From Callorhinchus milii (taxonomy: Eukaryota), in contig NW_024704743.1 of NCBI RefSeq assembly GCF_018977255.1, positions 52,578,001-52,642,000 on the forward strand: a stretch of 64,000 nt of DNA, in the 5' to 3' direction. The notes beneath the pieces are model-generated. The model saw only the letters and a list, made by a program, of their open reading frames with translations, ran no database searches and had not been told where the DNA came from. Shown piece by piece: positions 61,632 through 64,000 of this stretch. The translations under genes were made by a program, and so were the position numbers. The stretch's first letter is position 1; each line of letters opens with the position of its first letter.

Positions 61632-63139
61632 TGTCCTAAAATAAATAACTCAGCTAGAATGAGAATTTTTAAGTTGCTATTGACTTCTACCAATATATAA
61701 TAATGATAATCCTTGCATTTGATATAGAGTCTTATCAATTCTTCGAGACATCTCAAAGCACTTCACAGAATATACTGTATAAAGTGAATTGACTATATTT
61801 TGTGGGTGAAAATATGCCAAAATGATCCTCTGCAATAACGTTCATGCACACATAGAGCCATAGAACTCTACAGTACAAGTGGAGGCCATTCAGCCCATCC
61901 TGTTTAGACTGCCTCTCTGAAAGCTGTTCTTTTATTCCCTGGCTCTTGCCTTTGTGTCAAACTCTTTCATCAGGTTGAAATTCCAGTGAGGAAACAGTTT
62001 TGGATTTTCCTATGAATTGTGTTTAGACGTTCTCCTTACTTGAAAAGGCACAATATTAAATTATTATTATCACTACTAGTTTTTAGCAGAAACTGGATGG
62101 AAACATTTTTAACCAAAGATGCAGTGGATTTACTATCATAATTATTGCTGTTCAATAATGCATTTTCTTTCTCCCAGGTCACCCAGTGAGCCAACTGTAT
62201 ATGCACCACGGTGATAACTGTTCTTTTTTTTTTGATCCTGATGCAAAGAGGATTGGAACAGCAGGCAAGACTTGTTCAAAATGTGTTCTGACTTCGAAAT
62301 TGTGATCCAAAATTTCTCTGGGGACTCATCGAATTCAAAATGAGATATGTGGTGACAGAGAGCCAATGCTTGGCTGGTCCTGGAGGACAGGGAGTGTGAG
62401 GGCACTTTGCCTCCTATTCAAATAAGGCTGTTGCCATTCTTTTTGCAGCTGCAGAAAAGCTCAGGGCACGATTCTATGTCAGGCCAGATACACACTTTAT
62501 GGTGAAGAAAAGAATGCAAAACAGTAACTAACTGGATAATTTGCATAGCAGAAGTGTTTCTGCTTTGAAGGAAAAAACATTTGCAATTCAAAACTCTGAT
62601 TTACAATGACCTCCAGATTTGGCATGTTTAATGGTAAGATAGAAATTGGTCTTAATAAAATGGGCTGGAAGCACTCACTGATGACTTACAGATCTATAAT
62701 CCGATTTAAGAGCTATTTTCATAGAAGAGGATTAAGGGATCAAATATATAAAATTACTAAACACATTCCATTCCTTGTATACATTCAGCATTTAAAATTT
62801 ATCAGTGAGACTGAACGCAGATCAGAGATTACTTTGTTAAACCTCCCAAGTCCGTAAATATAATGTCAACCTTTCTGTGACTCAAGAACTTCAACTTTAC
62901 CTTTCCCACTCTCTCAGAACTATATTCTTTGCCTCCTATATTGTGACAACTAAATGCAACAACAGGAGCAGTTTCTTATCTTTGCCTCAGGAACAATTCA
63001 GGAATCTACCTGGAATATCAATGTTTAATGTATTCAGATCTGAACTTTCCCTTCTACTCCAGGTCCCATAATCTTCCCCATTTGCTTTTTTAAATCCATG
63101 ACTTAACTGATACTTCACAATTCATTCCAATGTCTTCAG

Positions 63140-63680
63140 CTTTTATTTTTTTTTTATTTGGCGTCTGATGCTTCACTATGCTTAAGTGTATCCAAATCAG
63201 ACTAAAGGTTCCACATATTTATGCCATCTACACATGGAAATGTTCCTCAGTCTGGAATGGAGTTTGGAGTTTCTGCCCAGAGTGTCACACGTCCTGCTTA
63301 GCTAATTTTGGAAAGTATTAGGCATAGGTCTGTAAGATCCAGGGTTTGGGGACCCAGAGTGTGCATTGATCTCATCCAGACTTTTATCCTTAGAGGTTAA
63401 GCAGGTAAAACCATACAGCTTGCCACTGATAATACTGTCTGCCAAGCTTTCCACTGCTTGTCCAGCCAGGACCACACTACTCATTAGGGGTTTGGCTTGA
63501 AGGGTTTACAGGAGCCATAGGAAGAATCCCTGTCCCCATTTATCAGATTGCCATTCAAAATCCTGCTCTATTGGCTGATCTGTCATCAGCAGAGCCAAAG
63601 TATTGCAGACCCACCTGGCTCGAGAACTACCAAGACCGCCATATATAGAGGGTGAACTCAGTTCCAACATTCGGTTTCCA
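63140..63680. repeat. Unidentified interspersed repeat, copy 3
   Basis: T-tract then cactatgcttaagtgtatccaaatcagact...gcttgtccagccaggaccacactactcattaggggtttggcttg. Confidence 0.8.
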
Positions 63681-63804
63681 AGTACGTCACCTTGGAACCA
63701 GATCAACCCAAAAGAGACTTGGTGCCCTCCCACAGCCCCTGTCTCCGCCACCACACCCACCACTACTTCTCTGGAAAATAGTTACTAGTCATCTGACATC
63801 TTTT

Positions 63805-64000
63805 TTTATTGGTTGATCACTTTTTCGGGAGTAATAATCCTTTCTAAAAAATAAATAATAATAATAATTTGGTCACTCAATCCACTACTACTTGTGGGAC
63901 ACTGCTGTGTGCAATTGGCTGCACGTTTCGCCCACAAAACATATGGTCAATTCACTTTACAGTATATTCTGTGAAGCGCTTTGAGACGTCTTGAAGACAT
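63805..64000 (+). mobile_element. Long-subfamily SINE fragment running off the window end
   Basis: gtgggacactgctgtgtgcaattggctgc...tgtgaagcgctttgagacgtc. Confidence 0.8.

Noticed and set aside
1..64000. CRISPR array or prokaryotic defence operon
   Set aside because: There is no regularly spaced repeat-spacer structure, and the sequence is vertebrate-like with LINE/SINE content.

Overview
Eukaryotic, repeat-rich vertebrate DNA. The CR1/L2 LINE, Deu-domain SINE and Penelope-type repeat content suggests a cartilaginous fish, possibly a chimaera (inference only). The only protein-coding content I can support is a head-to-tail pair of SAMD9/SAMD9L-family antiviral genes on the + strand. One is the 3' end of a copy (1-1349, running off the window start). 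The other is a complete single-exon CDS of 1676 aa (16217-21247; SAM, AlbA_2 nuclease, SIR2-like, P-loop NTPase, TPR, OB-fold). By manual comparison the two copies are about 97% identical over the shared 1349 nt. They contain a ~490-nt identical block and clustered amino-acid changes, and similarity stops abruptly at the stop codon, which looks like gene conversion plus local diversification. The complete gene is bracketed by two same-orientation, 5'-intact but dead CR1 LINEs, each interrupted by the same young L2 3' end. The remaining ~37 kb is gene-poor: tRNA-headed SINEs sharing the L2 3' tail, older Deu-SINEs, hAT/Tigger-like MITEs, a Penelope-type repeat with a degenerate hammerhead core, an unidentified three-copy repeat and a twice-present composite element. 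No CRISPR array, rRNA or true tRNA genes are seen. I cannot demonstrate a wholly new biological system; the SAMD9L-like cluster and several odd repeats are the best leads.
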